This document shows positions 38,716 through 50,843 of a stretch of DNA of 64,000 nt, piece by piece. Under the pieces are notes generated by a model, which saw only the letters and a program-made list of their open reading frames with translations, did no database searches and was not told where the DNA came from. The stretch lies in NCBI GenBank assembly GCA_951406725.2, contig OX597822.1, positions 111,848,001-111,912,000 of the forward strand, read 5' to 3'. The DNA comes from Octopus vulgaris (taxonomy: Eukaryota). Each line of letters starts with the position of its first letter. Within the stretch, counting starts at the first letter, position 1. The position numbers were made by a program, and so were the translations under genes.

Positions 38716-41261
38716 TATGAAATAAAATTATAAACCTAACAGCTGTTTCTGTGATTAAGAGTCACTTGTACACTGTAAGTTTACTGCTACTCTGAAAGCA
38801 CGTTATGATCATTGTTCTTTTTCACATAACCAATCAAAGAACTAGTTTGAACCTTCTTTCACTCCTTCTGGCAAAATTCTCCAGGTTAGTGAATTTCAAA
38901 GAAAATGCTTCGCCAAATAATAAGAATCCGATGATATTACTTTGAAAAATAAAACCAATGCTTAATTTACACCAATCTCCACAAAATGGAAGAAATATTT
39001 GATAAATGAAATAAATTTTTATCCTGGCCTTGTATTATGTTTTAGGTGTATTTTTATATTTATTTATAAGTATTATCTTTATTCGATTCATAATATTTAA
39101 TGGATTTTTCTCTTGTTTATCTTTCGTATATTGTTTGAGCTTTTGGTTTTATTTCTAAATAAAACTCGAATTTCACCAATTAATCTTTCAGTCGTATTTA
39201 ATTAAAATGATATTAGATTTTTATCTGTTGGTCGATTGAATGCCAAAACAAAAAATAATTCCTCTTGAAATAGCGTTTTTCCTTCGGTTAACAAGCAGAA
39301 ATTCTTTAATATAGCATTTTTTCTTAAAAAGGAAAGCTGCGCAAATACTTTATAAATGATTGATAACCCTTTGCTGGAAAAATAATACCATGCAATTGGT
39401 CTTTGCAGTGACAGGTGAAGCATCGCAACTACCCTTGGAATTTCCAAATCGCAAGAGTAATTGTCCAATGTGAGAACTTGAATAAGTTTAACATATATCA
39501 AGAACTTGCCAGAAAGAAATTGAAATTAAAATACGCTTGGTGATATGTAATTTAATTCCCATCTTCTGCAATGAAATATTGTTCCCCTACCGACACGAAC
39601 AGCTGGAAAAATTCCATTAAAAAATTTGTGAGAAACAAATACAGCTTCAATATCATTTTGAATTTAAACACAGTGGGGTAACAAAGAGTTATAAAATATT
39701 GTTTTCTATAAAATCTGTTAAGAAAGTTAATATTTTTAAGTATATGCTAAGGAAATATCGAATATATGTTACTCTACATATTACAAAATAGCACATATAC
39801 AGGTACAATTAAAACTAAATATTATCAAGTGCCTTGAAGCAGAAATGGTTAGGTTTATTAAACACAAAATTAAGAATATTCAATATTAAAGTGTTATTGA
39901 TTCGTATATTAATATATTCCACGCATTAAATGATGTGTTACTTGATTAGTATCTGTAGAAATATTGTTTTCATTGACATTTTCATATATATTGGTGACGG
40001 ATATCACAAGACTGCTGAATTAGTCGATGACTGATCTGAAGAGTAAGAAAACGTGTGATATGATAACCAAACAATTATTTCCATCCAGTTGTATGGAAGT
40101 AGTTTGGATCCGTACAGCAGAGCCAAATACAGACTGGATTCGTTATCACACAGGCAGAAGGCCAATGCAGTTGCTACTGAAAGTTCATTCAAACAAACGA
40201 CTTTAAAATGTAATCATTAAAGATACTGGCCAGAAAACTTCCCAATCAATATACTTATCTTTGAATAGAATATTGCCTAGGTCACTTTTTGTAGTCATAC
40301 TGCTAAACAAGTAGGGCAATCCCACGGAAGTAGTCAGTGAAATGGTGAAATAAGATCTGTTTTCAAAATGCTCCATGAATTCATCAAATGAATGTCCATG
40401 GCTTGCACTATAAATTGTAAATGTAGATGTATCTGGGCGTCTGTAGGGATTGTATATATTGTGCTACCTTGATGTTATGTAGGTTCGCTTTTGGCGATGA
40501 CAATGTCTTTGTGTCTTGTATATTCTATTAATGTATTTGAAAACAGTCAAGGTGATGTGATGATATGGTATAAACTCACGCCCAGATAATGTGAGGAGCG
40601 CTGCATTTTTTCCTTCGTACTTTCTTCTACATAGAGAACTTAGTAATGTTTGGCTTGGCGAAGAGTAGTATCTGTATACTTTTGTTGATTACTTCTGTAT
40701 CATATGTATTGCTCTTGTGAGTATTTTAAGTGCGTTTGTCAACTTTTATTTTCTCGACCAATTGTGACGTGATCTTATTGCGCAGTATTTCAATTTTGTT
40801 AATGAGTGTGAGTTTGGAATCTTTGAATGATGCTTATAATAGAGAAAGATTCACTGTTTGGTCTCTTATTTTTGGTAACCCTGATGTGCTTGATTTCTGT
40901 TTACCTTAGTCCTGCCGAGGTTACTATACCCTTTTGTCTTATCCAATTTCGAAATTAACATCTATCACTATCTTTTTTTTCTATGCCACATATATACACG
41001 CATACACACGCTTACATCCCTGCACACTTGTGTGAAAAGCTACGGACATTTTTGTTCTGCAAGAGAGCCTTCAGAGATGAAGCTAAATTCAGATTTTTAG
41101 CTAAATTAATCATGTCCATCCATCCCTTATTTTACAAACCACCTTGTAAGTAGCTACGTATTAAAACAACGAAAACTAAGCTATGAAAGGGATTTTAAAT
41201 GTTATATTTCTGCGGTCGAAAATAAATTGGCACAGAGTGGAACAACCATTACACCGCGTCA

Positions 41262-41661
41262 TCTTTATATATAAAAGTGAGGTTGTGTGCTGTCTGTCTC
41301 CTACGATTTAGATTCCTTACTCCCACATTTTGCGGTGCAGTTTAACCAAAAGCGGGTATCTTATAGTCGTGATTCACATCGAGCCCTTCTGGGTATTAGC
41401 GCGCATCTACGATGAGTCTACGATTTAAAAAAAAAAATTACCATCAATTTTTTCCATTTTAATGCATTTTTTTCGCTATTTATATAAGGGAAGTAACTCT
41501 CTAAAAATGTCTACGTTGAGTCAACGATTTTTTAAAAAAATTACCATCATTTTTTTTCCAATTTTAATGCATTTTTTGCTATTTTTTGGCTATAACTCTC
41601 TAAAAATGCTTATATAGTTATTTCCCTTACAAACTCGAGCAACGCCGGGCGATGCTGCTAG
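41262..41661 (+). mobile_element. Non-autonomous Helitron
   Basis: A|TC...CTCGAGCAACGCCGGGCGATGCTG-CTAG|T. Homologous to 1603-1997 and 38326-38715. Confidence 0.85.
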
Positions 41662-42442
41662 TATATATATAAATTGCATTTCGTTACTATTTACAGAACT
41701 GCCTTTTAGCAAGACCCAAAAGTGATTATGCACATATTTAATGAGTATCAGTTGTTTTCATTCACGAGAGTGAATTTTATATCAATGTTAAGCATTTGGT
41801 TTCTATCTATACATCTGCTTGTGCGTTACATTCGCGTTAGTGAACGTAAAACGTATTCGTGCGCGTAGGCATAAAATGCCAAAATACGGTTACCTAAGGT
41901 CAGTTTAATATATCTCTGTGCACAACGGTAATTATAAGTATTTTTCTATACCGTATTTTAATTTGTTTGAACTAATATAATTCTCACTATGCTAGAATTT
42001 AATGCTTTTAGTGGGAAATGTCAAATTAATTTATTGTCATCGGTAAAACATCCACAGAAAAAGAAAGGCACGGCGTATATCACGTATTCTGAATATAAAT
42101 CATTCGATATTTATTTATACGTGTATGTATATACGTATGTATGTATGCATGTATGTATGTATGTATGTATATATGTATGTATGTATGTATGTGTGTGTAT
42201 GTATGTATGTATGTATGTATGTATGTATGTATGTATGTATGTATGTATGTGTATGTATGTATGTATGTATGTATGTATGTATGTATGTATGTGTCAGGTC
42301 GTTTATGCTACTGGTACCATGTAATCCAGTATTACCTGTTGCATGGTCGGGTTGAAATGTGGATGTGTGTACCAGTTGCATGTTTGGTGTGGTGAACTGA
42401 GGGTGAGTGTTGGGTGTATATATATATATATATACATATATG

Positions 42443-42494
<52 letters not shown>

Positions 42495-42496
<2 letters not shown>

Positions 42497-42708
42497 CCGT
42501 TTGCCAGCTCTGTCTGGCACCAGTGCGGGTGGCACGTAAAAAGCACCCACTACACTCACGGAGTGGTTGGCGTTAGGAAGGGCATCCAGCCGTAGAAACA
42601 CTGCCAGATTTGACTGGGCCTGATGAAGCCTTCTGGCTTCACAGACCCCAGTAGAACGTCCAACCCATGCTAGCATGGAAAACGGACGCTAAACGATGAT
42701 GATGATGA
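42495..42708 (+). mobile_element. 3' fragment of an RTE-related retroposon or SINE with (GAT)n tail
   Basis: GGTTGGCGTTAGGAAGGGCATCCAGCCGTAGAAAC motif, terminal hairpin CCATGCTAGCATGG and a (GAT)n tail. Inserted in (TA)n. Confidence 0.6.
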
Positions 42709-43005
<297 letters not shown>

Positions 43006-43088
43006 AACAATTGCAGAGTGGAAGGTGTTTATAAGCCATTTAAGACACACGCAAAAACCGTTAGATTCACTTCTACATTTAAATTTAA

Positions 43089-43139
43089 TTTGCCAAAATA
43101 TTTTCGTCGCTTTGAGACCGCGACCAGTTCACTGACAAA
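43089..43139 (-). ncRNA. Hammerhead-shaped motif with G3-C8 swapped core, in a Penelope-like pLTR fragment
   Basis: Minus strand: TTTGTCA-GTGAACT-G-GTCGC GGTCTCAAA GCGAC-GAA-AATATT-T-TGGCAAA. 7-bp stem I, 5-bp stem II, palindromic stem III. Confidence 0.5.
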
Positions 43140-44070
43140 ATTCCGTACTGCAGTATCCCTCAGGAGTAGGTGGTTAAAACAAGTTAAAATAATATGCAGA
43201 GAACACCACTAGAAAATACGAAAACTAAAAGAAGCAGCACATATGCTAGGACACAACAACCTCTTAAGAAGACCGAGTGCCGATATGAGCAGCATGTGGG
43301 AATCGGTATTAAGGAAGGAGAGGAGAATATTAGATTTATAAGCCCTGAAATTCATTCCACAGTTTTTGGTGGGAGGGCGAAATCATTTGAATTTGTGTGC
43401 GTGCTGGCTTGAATTTAGGGTTTAACGTTTTGGGGGAAGGACTGGTTATTAGGCGCATGAGTAGGAAGCGGTGGTGGCGCAGGGTGTCTGTTTATTTGCT
43501 ATTGTTTAGATTTCCGGACATGAATACATAGTCAACGCTTTAGTGACAACATAAAATGCATGAAATGTTGGTGATATTTGTGTATGGTTATGTGTGTATC
43601 TTTATATGTATACTTATACATATATAGCGAGAGAGAGAGAGTGAGAGAGATAAATGTGTATTTATATGTATGTATATGTATACTCTTTTACTCTTTTACT
43701 TGTTTCGGTCATTTGACTGCGGCCATGCTGGAACACCGCCTTTAATCGAGCAACTCGAACCCGGGACTTATTCTTTTGTAAGCCCAGTACTTATTCTATC
43801 GGTCTCTTTTGCCGAACCGCTAAGTAACGGGGACATAAACACACCAGCATCGGTTGTCAAGCAATGCTAGGGGGACAAACACAAACACACAAACACACAC
43901 ACGCATTGATATATATATATACATATATACGACGGGCTTCTTTCAGTTTCCGTCTACCAAATCCACTCACAAGGCTTTGGTCGGCCCGAGGCTATAGTAG
44001 AAAACACTTGCCCAAGGTGCCACGCAGTGGGACTGAACCCGGAACCATGTGGTTGGTAAACAAGCTACTT

Positions 44071-46102
44071 TATTTCATAAGATTTGCCACTAGGGCAGTA
44101 CAAAGAGTAGCTGCATGCTGGACAAAAAACATTAAAGAATGATGGTGATGGGAGAAGACGAAAGCGCCCGCCGACTTTCGCTTCTCTAAGACATTGTTCT
44201 TTTTTTTCAAAATTTGACAAAAAATTCAATAAATTATTACAAATTTTAAAAGAGGCAATAAACCTCTTTTTCAGTACAATACAAAATGTTCAATAGGCCT
44301 ATGTAACCCGGCCGACCATCGCTCTTGCCTCACCGAGGCAATAATCGCTGGTCAGGTCGTGGTCCAAAGGTATAATTTGGAATGAGTCCATCGGGAAGGA
44401 ACCCACGATCCTGCCTAGATAACCCCTCCCCATGACCTCCGCAGCCAGCTGCGAAGGCCACTCGGGGTCCTCCGTGCAGGACCGAAGTCCCTCCCAATGG
44501 CCTCCCTTTCTCATTTTACGCACTGTATTTTCCACTGTTCCTCCTTTGAAAAAGAGGAGCACAAATTTTTCCACAAACTGTCCCTCAGGCGGCACACCCG
44601 CCTGAGAAGACTTGGGAGACGCCGTCTGCGTATCACAATCCGCCGGCAGCGTTCCGTTTCTCTTTTTTTTTCTTCTTTTTGCCTTGGGCCACGGGAGGTT
44701 GAGGTTCCGGAGTTGCACACACCGGGTTCTCTTCTCCCGCAGTTTCCAGGTCTTTTGGTGGGTCGCCATTGCTCCCCACTTTTCTTTTTCTTTTAGAGGA
44801 AGTCTTTGCTTCCTCACTCTGTTTCTCTCCCTCCATTGGGGGGGGCAGGGAGAGGCTCCGATATCAACTGCTCCAGGATCCTACTTTGGTCCCTGGGGCA
44901 GTTCTTCTTAATGTGGCCGGTCTCCAGACACAGGTGACACTTGGTGGGGCGTCCCTCAAGCAACACCGGATACCTGTACCCGGCCATCCTCAGAAAGTCC
45001 GGCAAGACCAGACTTTTGGCTGATTGGGTCCATAGGGTCAAAGTGGCCTTTGACCCCTCCCAATCAGCCGCAGGCTGTATTTTCACATTTAGGAGCTTGG
45101 CGCTGCTACCACCCAGACCCCGGCGGATAGAGTCCTCTATCCACTCGGGTTCAATGCCGGGTGGTAGGCCGCAGATCCACGCTCTCAGCAATTTTTCTCC
45201 CTTGTAGTTAGGGAGAAACAAAATCTCCTTGCCCTCAATGGGCTTGCTTGCAAAGTCGCAAGCTGCTTTAGGGGAGTCAAACAGCAACCAAACCGTTGCG
45301 TATTTGACTCCCCGTGCAATGTATTTAACGACTGGCATATAGTCTGCCAGCTCGTTAATGATAGTTGCCTTTGGAAAAATAGCTATGGTGTTGAGCGACT
45401 TTGAATAAGTCCTCAACACCACGGTCTTGTCCTCTAGCTCCTTCAAGTATTTTTTGGGAAGTGCTAGGTCCCACACAATAAGTTCCTTTGCCATTTTGTA
45501 ACGGAATCCAATAAAAGTTCAACAGGTGTAAAAATAAATACGATAGAAAGAGTGAGAAGAGAAAACACAACAGAAGAGAAGAATTACAATAAAAATGACA
45601 GTTCAAAAAGAGTTCTTTTTTAAATACAAGATAGCTGGAAGGAAGAGAGTTCAAATTTGGCAAAGAAATTAATTTTTTGGCCGAAAAGGTACTCCTAGCC
45701 AAGCGTCCAAAACAGTCCTTGGTTACTCTTGGTGCTTCTTGGTAAATCCCAAAAAACAGTCCTTGAATATCCTTTGTGCTTCTTGGTAAATCCAATTTGA
45801 ATTAATTTTTGAGGAGGGGCTACGCCTCCTCAAAAAACACAATTCTCACTGCAAAGTGAGTCTTTATACCCGACAACAGGCAGGAAAAAATACCTGGAAC
45901 AAAGTGAAGTCTATTACCTGCTAAAAAATATTAATGCTAAATAACACTAAATGCTAAAAACATTAAAAGCAAGCAATAAACCTCACTAAGCTCCTAAAAA
46001 TATAAAACGCCTACCTGTCGTCGAGTCAAAAAGTTCAACAAAAGTTCAATAATTCACGTAGCAACACGTGACTTTTGGAGCAGCCAAAAAAACACGTCTG
46101 TC
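44071..46102 (-). mobile_element. ORF1-only non-autonomous LINE-like retroposon (copy 1)
   Basis: Bounded by an imperfect 16-17-bp TSD inside a SINE. About 600-nt 5' UTR, one Gag/ORF1-like ORF, about 230-nt 3' UTR ending TGCCCTAGTGGCA...GAAATA. No RT sequence. Confidence 0.8.
44299..45494 (-). pseudogene. Gag/ORF1-like nucleic-acid-binding protein with CCHC zinc knuckle (about 397 aa; two homopolymer frameshifts)
   Basis: CHLCLETGHIKKNC = C-x2-C-x4-H-x4-C. Basic linker SSKRKRK. Frameshifts map to the G8 (44838-44845) and T9 (44663-44671) runs. Colinear with 50844-52156. Confidence 0.8.
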
Positions 46103-46152
46103 TGGTAAGAAGCTACTTACCACACAGCCACGCCTACGCCTATGTATGTGTA

Positions 46153-46255
<103 letters not shown>

Positions 46256-47668
46256 CATATTTCTGTGTACACATGCATTTGCATTTATGGAAAACATAGT
46301 TATATACACAAACAAGCACACACTCACACACACACACACACACAATTATAAATACTAGCTTTTATAATTTTAAACCTAATAACTTGCTTCAATAACAAGT
46401 CATTATTCTTCGGGTATTCGTTTTTAGACGCCAATGCTCTCCCATAAACTCATCCTTACTTAATCAATTTCCTATTTCCATCGACGCAGAGTCTGCTTTC
46501 GTACACCATATTGCTTTTTTGTATTCAGCAAAATATAACGTATCCCATAACGAAACCAATATGTATTAATGGTGAATATTTTATGCATTTGAGACATTTT
46601 CACATCCTAATATATAGATTAGTACCAATTAGTGGTATTCCACTGAGAACTAATAGATTTTGTCACTTTTTCTGAATTTAAGTAATGTGGGATTGATATC
46701 AATAATTTCATTTATCCATATCCATATATTCATTAAGACACCGACTTATCAACTATATTAGTATCTTAACTTACACAAATTTTCATATATAAATGTTCAT
46801 CTATATTTTTTTCCGTGGTTTATATCTAATGCAAATTACTTTCAAATAATTATCAACGAATATTGCCGTATATATGATCGCCTGCAGTCATATATTATCC
46901 TCTGTCGTTATCTCGACTCTATTTATATCAGATACATTCAACTTACCACACTGTAGTTATTAATTCAAAGTTTCATATTTGTTCAAATGGTCATTAATAG
47001 GAATTTCATTTCATTGGAACTCTTCAAGTTGACATAGTAGTTTTCTGATCGATAGAGTCTTTATAGACGTTTGGCCTTTGATTCCGACCGATATATATAT
47101 ACACAACACAATGGAATGTATGCATTATCTCTTACACTTTCCTAATATTGTGCATTTAAAGTTTGTATTCTCTAGATTTCAATATTTTCCTATAGAAATA
47201 TATTACTAAGATTTTGTCCTGATCAGTATATAGATTTCTCTTTCACATAGAGATTAGGAATACAGTTTAGTATGGAGTGTGTCAACATCCATCTTCCTAG
47301 CTTTATTGAATATTGGTCTCAAAGGAGATTAATTTTTAAACTGACCTAAACTGACTTTATACCGCTCTGCTGTTATTAATTCACTCTCTCACTTGTTACA
47401 TTCACTAATATATTCAAATTGCTATGCTCCTAAGTGTTGATGCCTATTGATGATTTATTTCGTATTGTGTCTTTTGATGCATTATGGAGACGTTACATAC
47501 ACTTTAGACAAAACATTTTACTAAGCTTTTTGCAGAATGTGCGTTTATAATGAATATATGCATTTTAATGTATACATTTTTTCTGTTCGTCTGCCTCATT
47601 GTCTATCTCTGTGTATGTATATACACAACACACACGCACGCGCACACACAGACACAAACACACACACG

Positions 47669-47746
<78 letters not shown>

Positions 47747-47747
<1 letters not shown>

Positions 47748-48004
47748 TTTATTTTAAGCAGCAGAAAATTCAACAAAATCTGTTACTCTGAGTTTCTCGT
47801 TGCCGTTCATCAGACAGTTTTTGCTAGAATGGAACCGGAAATATCGGTTCCATTCTAGCAAAAACTGTCTGATGAACGGCAACGAGAAACTCAGAGTAAC
47901 AGATTTTGTTGAATTTTCTGCTGCTTAAAATAAAGCATATTACTCTACCACTGGTATTTGAGTACTCTTTTTTCCACCTTGTTTCACATTTATGTGTTTA
48001 CTCC

Positions 48005-48007
<3 letters not shown>
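47747..48007 (+). mobile_element. Solo Penelope-like pLTR with inverted partial copy forming a perfect 91-bp-arm palindrome
   Basis: 47747-47837 is the exact reverse complement of 47845-47935 (7-nt loop GAAATAT). (TA)n on both flanks. A hammerhead motif lies in the arms. Confidence 0.8.
47861..47907 (+). ncRNA. Type I minimal hammerhead ribozyme-like motif
   Basis: AAAACTGT-CTGATGA-A CG GCAA CG A-GAAA-CTCAGA-GTA-ACAGATTTT. Canonical CUGAUGA and GAAA, GUA cleavage triplet, near-palindromic stem III ACTCAGAGT. Stem II is short. Confidence 0.7.
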
Positions 48008-48047
<40 letters not shown>

Positions 48048-48818
48048 TCACATACACACGCATATATGTAAGGGTGTATTGTATAGGAGGACTGCTACCT
48101 TCGTAACCATATCATGTGTCCTAAATTGCTAAAAACAGATTTAGACAAAACATTAGTTTCCCTAGAAACAAGTAACTCGTTTAAGGCAACAAGAAATAGG
48201 CTACGCCCAACGTTGTCTCCATTAACATAGCTACGTTCGTCTGGCGAGGTAAAATAAAGACAGTCCATTGCATATGAGACATCACTCTCTAAGATCACAG
48301 TAACTTGAGCGTCATAACAAGCGGATGAACAAAATAAATATCAATGTTCTCATATGACAGCTAAATGTGCCGCATAAAGGTAGGGCAGCTAAATGTGCCG
48401 CATAAAGGTATGAAAGCTAAATGAGTGTCACACAAAGACAATATTCAGATGTAAAAAAAAGCTGTCATCAGTTTCGGTGTAACAGATTGTGAAAATCGGA
48501 TGTACACATCCTTATTAATTATAAACAGCATTTTAATAGAACGGAAAAGTTATGGATTTCCCTTTTCCCAGATCCCGGTTACTAATCCCCGGGAAAAAAA
48601 AAAAACGGGGAAAAATCTGACGAGTATTTGAGTTGTTCACAAGATGGTGATTGTAATAAAAAAAAACTATAACTGTACATCAATGACATTTAGCGTTGAT
48701 CTGAAAACGAGGAATAGGAAGTTGGTCTACAAATTTTGAAAACAACAAGTTTGAATAACCAGTAAATTGTGACTACCTTCGGCAATAAATAAGAATATAT
48801 GAGTATTGAAATGGTATA

Positions 48819-49223
48819 TACTCTTTACTCTTTTACTTGTTTCAGTCATTTGACTGCGGCCATGCTGGAGCACCGCCTTTAGTCAAGCAAATTGACCCCG
48901 GGACTTATTCTTTGTAAGCCCAGTACTTATCCTATCGGTCTCTTTTTGCCGAACCGCTAAGTGACGGGGACGTAAACACATCAGCATCGGTTGTCAAGCA
49001 ATGCTAGGGGGACAAACACAGACACACACACACATACATATACATATACATATATATATACGACAGGCTTCTTTCAGTTTCCGTCTACCAAATCCACTCA
49101 CAAGGCATTGGTCGGCCCGAGGCTATAGCAGAAGACACTTGCCCAAAGTGCCACACAGTGGGACTGAACCCGGAACCATGTGGTTGGTAAGCAAGCTACT
49201 TACCACACAGCCACTCCCGCGCC
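48819..49223 (-). mobile_element. SINE family C
   Basis: Reverse complement of 13671-14079. Confidence 0.9.
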
Positions 49224-50167
49224 TATGATCTAAACCTACATGTACAAATTATATTAGACTTGTAAGAAAAAAAATCAACGTTTCATTTAATCGAAAAACA
49301 CAATAGGAAAATATTGGGAAATACATTTTACATTGTAAACTACATAGCCGGAAGATTAATCCGATATTTGAAAATCTGAAATACAGTGATAATGGTGACA
49401 CTGAGAATTCCTTCTGTATCAACATCATTTAGAATAGTTAATGGAGCCTGGGAACGACGCGCACAAACAAACCCCAAATGTAATAATCTATACCAAAGCT
49501 AAATAAACCACAATTGTATTGTATAATTTTAATAAAAATTTCCGCAAAGAAAACAGTGGCAATTTGGTATAAGAGACAAGAATTATGGGGCGATTACTTT
49601 ACCCAAAGTTCGTGGTGTCGCTAATGCTCTATTCCAGCTACAGTCAACAATGTTATACATGGCGACGAGTTAGTTGGAGATTATAAAAGATCACTGATAA
49701 ACCAATATTTTGAAAACTATGAAACTTGTAAAAACAGGCCCTCCAGCAAAGTATTACATCTAAGAGACCAGGAACAAATCAAAGCTAAGAAAATGAGAAT
49801 AGTTGAATAGGATAACAATTAACTATAATTTTGTTTATAATAGATAATACAAACATAAATGTATTGTGGAAAAAGGAAAACTAGATAACTGCACAATGGA
49901 AAGGAAATACAAGAACCATTTAATTGAGAAGGTATTTGGAGAAAACTGCAACACAAATGAACAGACGAATGAAAGACAGAATGAAAATAGCTCCAAAATT
50001 AAATACACCAATTCTTAATGTAAGGGAGAAACATAATTATTTAGAACATCAATACGTTGTAAAGAACAATATCCATCTTAAACCCAAAGAAATATATGGT
50101 AAAATAAATGCCAATGCAAACTTCAAATCCATGACACGACAGACAAGAAACAGTAATGAAAATACAT

Positions 50168-50550
50168 TACTCTTTTACTCTTTTACTTGTTTCAGTCATT
50201 TGACTGCGGCCATGCTGGAGCACCGCCTTTAGTCGAGCAACTCGACCCCGGGACTTATTCTTTGTAAGCCCAGTATTTATTCTATCTTTTGCCGAACCGC
50301 TAAGTAACGGGGACATAAACACACCAGCATCGGTTGCCAAGCAATGCTAGGGGGACAAACACATATATATATATATATACATATATACGACGGGCTTCTT
50401 TCAGTTTCCGTCTACCAAATCCCCTCACAAGGCTTTGGTCGGCCCGAGGCTATAGTAGAAGACACTTGCCCAAGGTGTCACGCAGTGGGACTGAACCCGG
50501 AACCATGTGGTTGGTAAACAAGCTACTTACCACACAGCCACTCCTGCGCC
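50168..50550 (-). mobile_element. SINE family C
   Basis: Reverse complement of 13671-14079. Confidence 0.9.
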
Positions 50551-50843
50551 TATTTACATTTGACGAATATTTGTCTTCATCATGTTTGTTGTTAGCACAA
50601 CGTTTCGGCTGATATATCCTCCAGGTTCTAATCAGAGTACCATAGGGCTTGGAGTACCTGAATGCCCAGACAATTTTTTTTGCTGTGTTTTGCTGAACTG
50701 TTGTTGTTTTTTTCTTCTATTGTGACTCTCTTAGTGAACTGTTTGCTTTTTCTTTTCTCCCCTTTTGTTTCCTTTTGATTTCTCTCTTTTCTTTTTGAAA
50801 TTTGTGACCTATTTTTTGAACTTTTTACTTTTTAATATTAAAC

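Larger units (their letters stand above)
43681..46140 (-). mobile_element. SINE family C split by a 2-kb insertion (43681-44070 and 46103-46140)
   Basis: The SINE sequence stops at TGGTAAACAAGCTACTT (44070) and resumes at TGGTAAGAAGCTACTTACCACACAGCCAC (46103). Confidence 0.88.
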
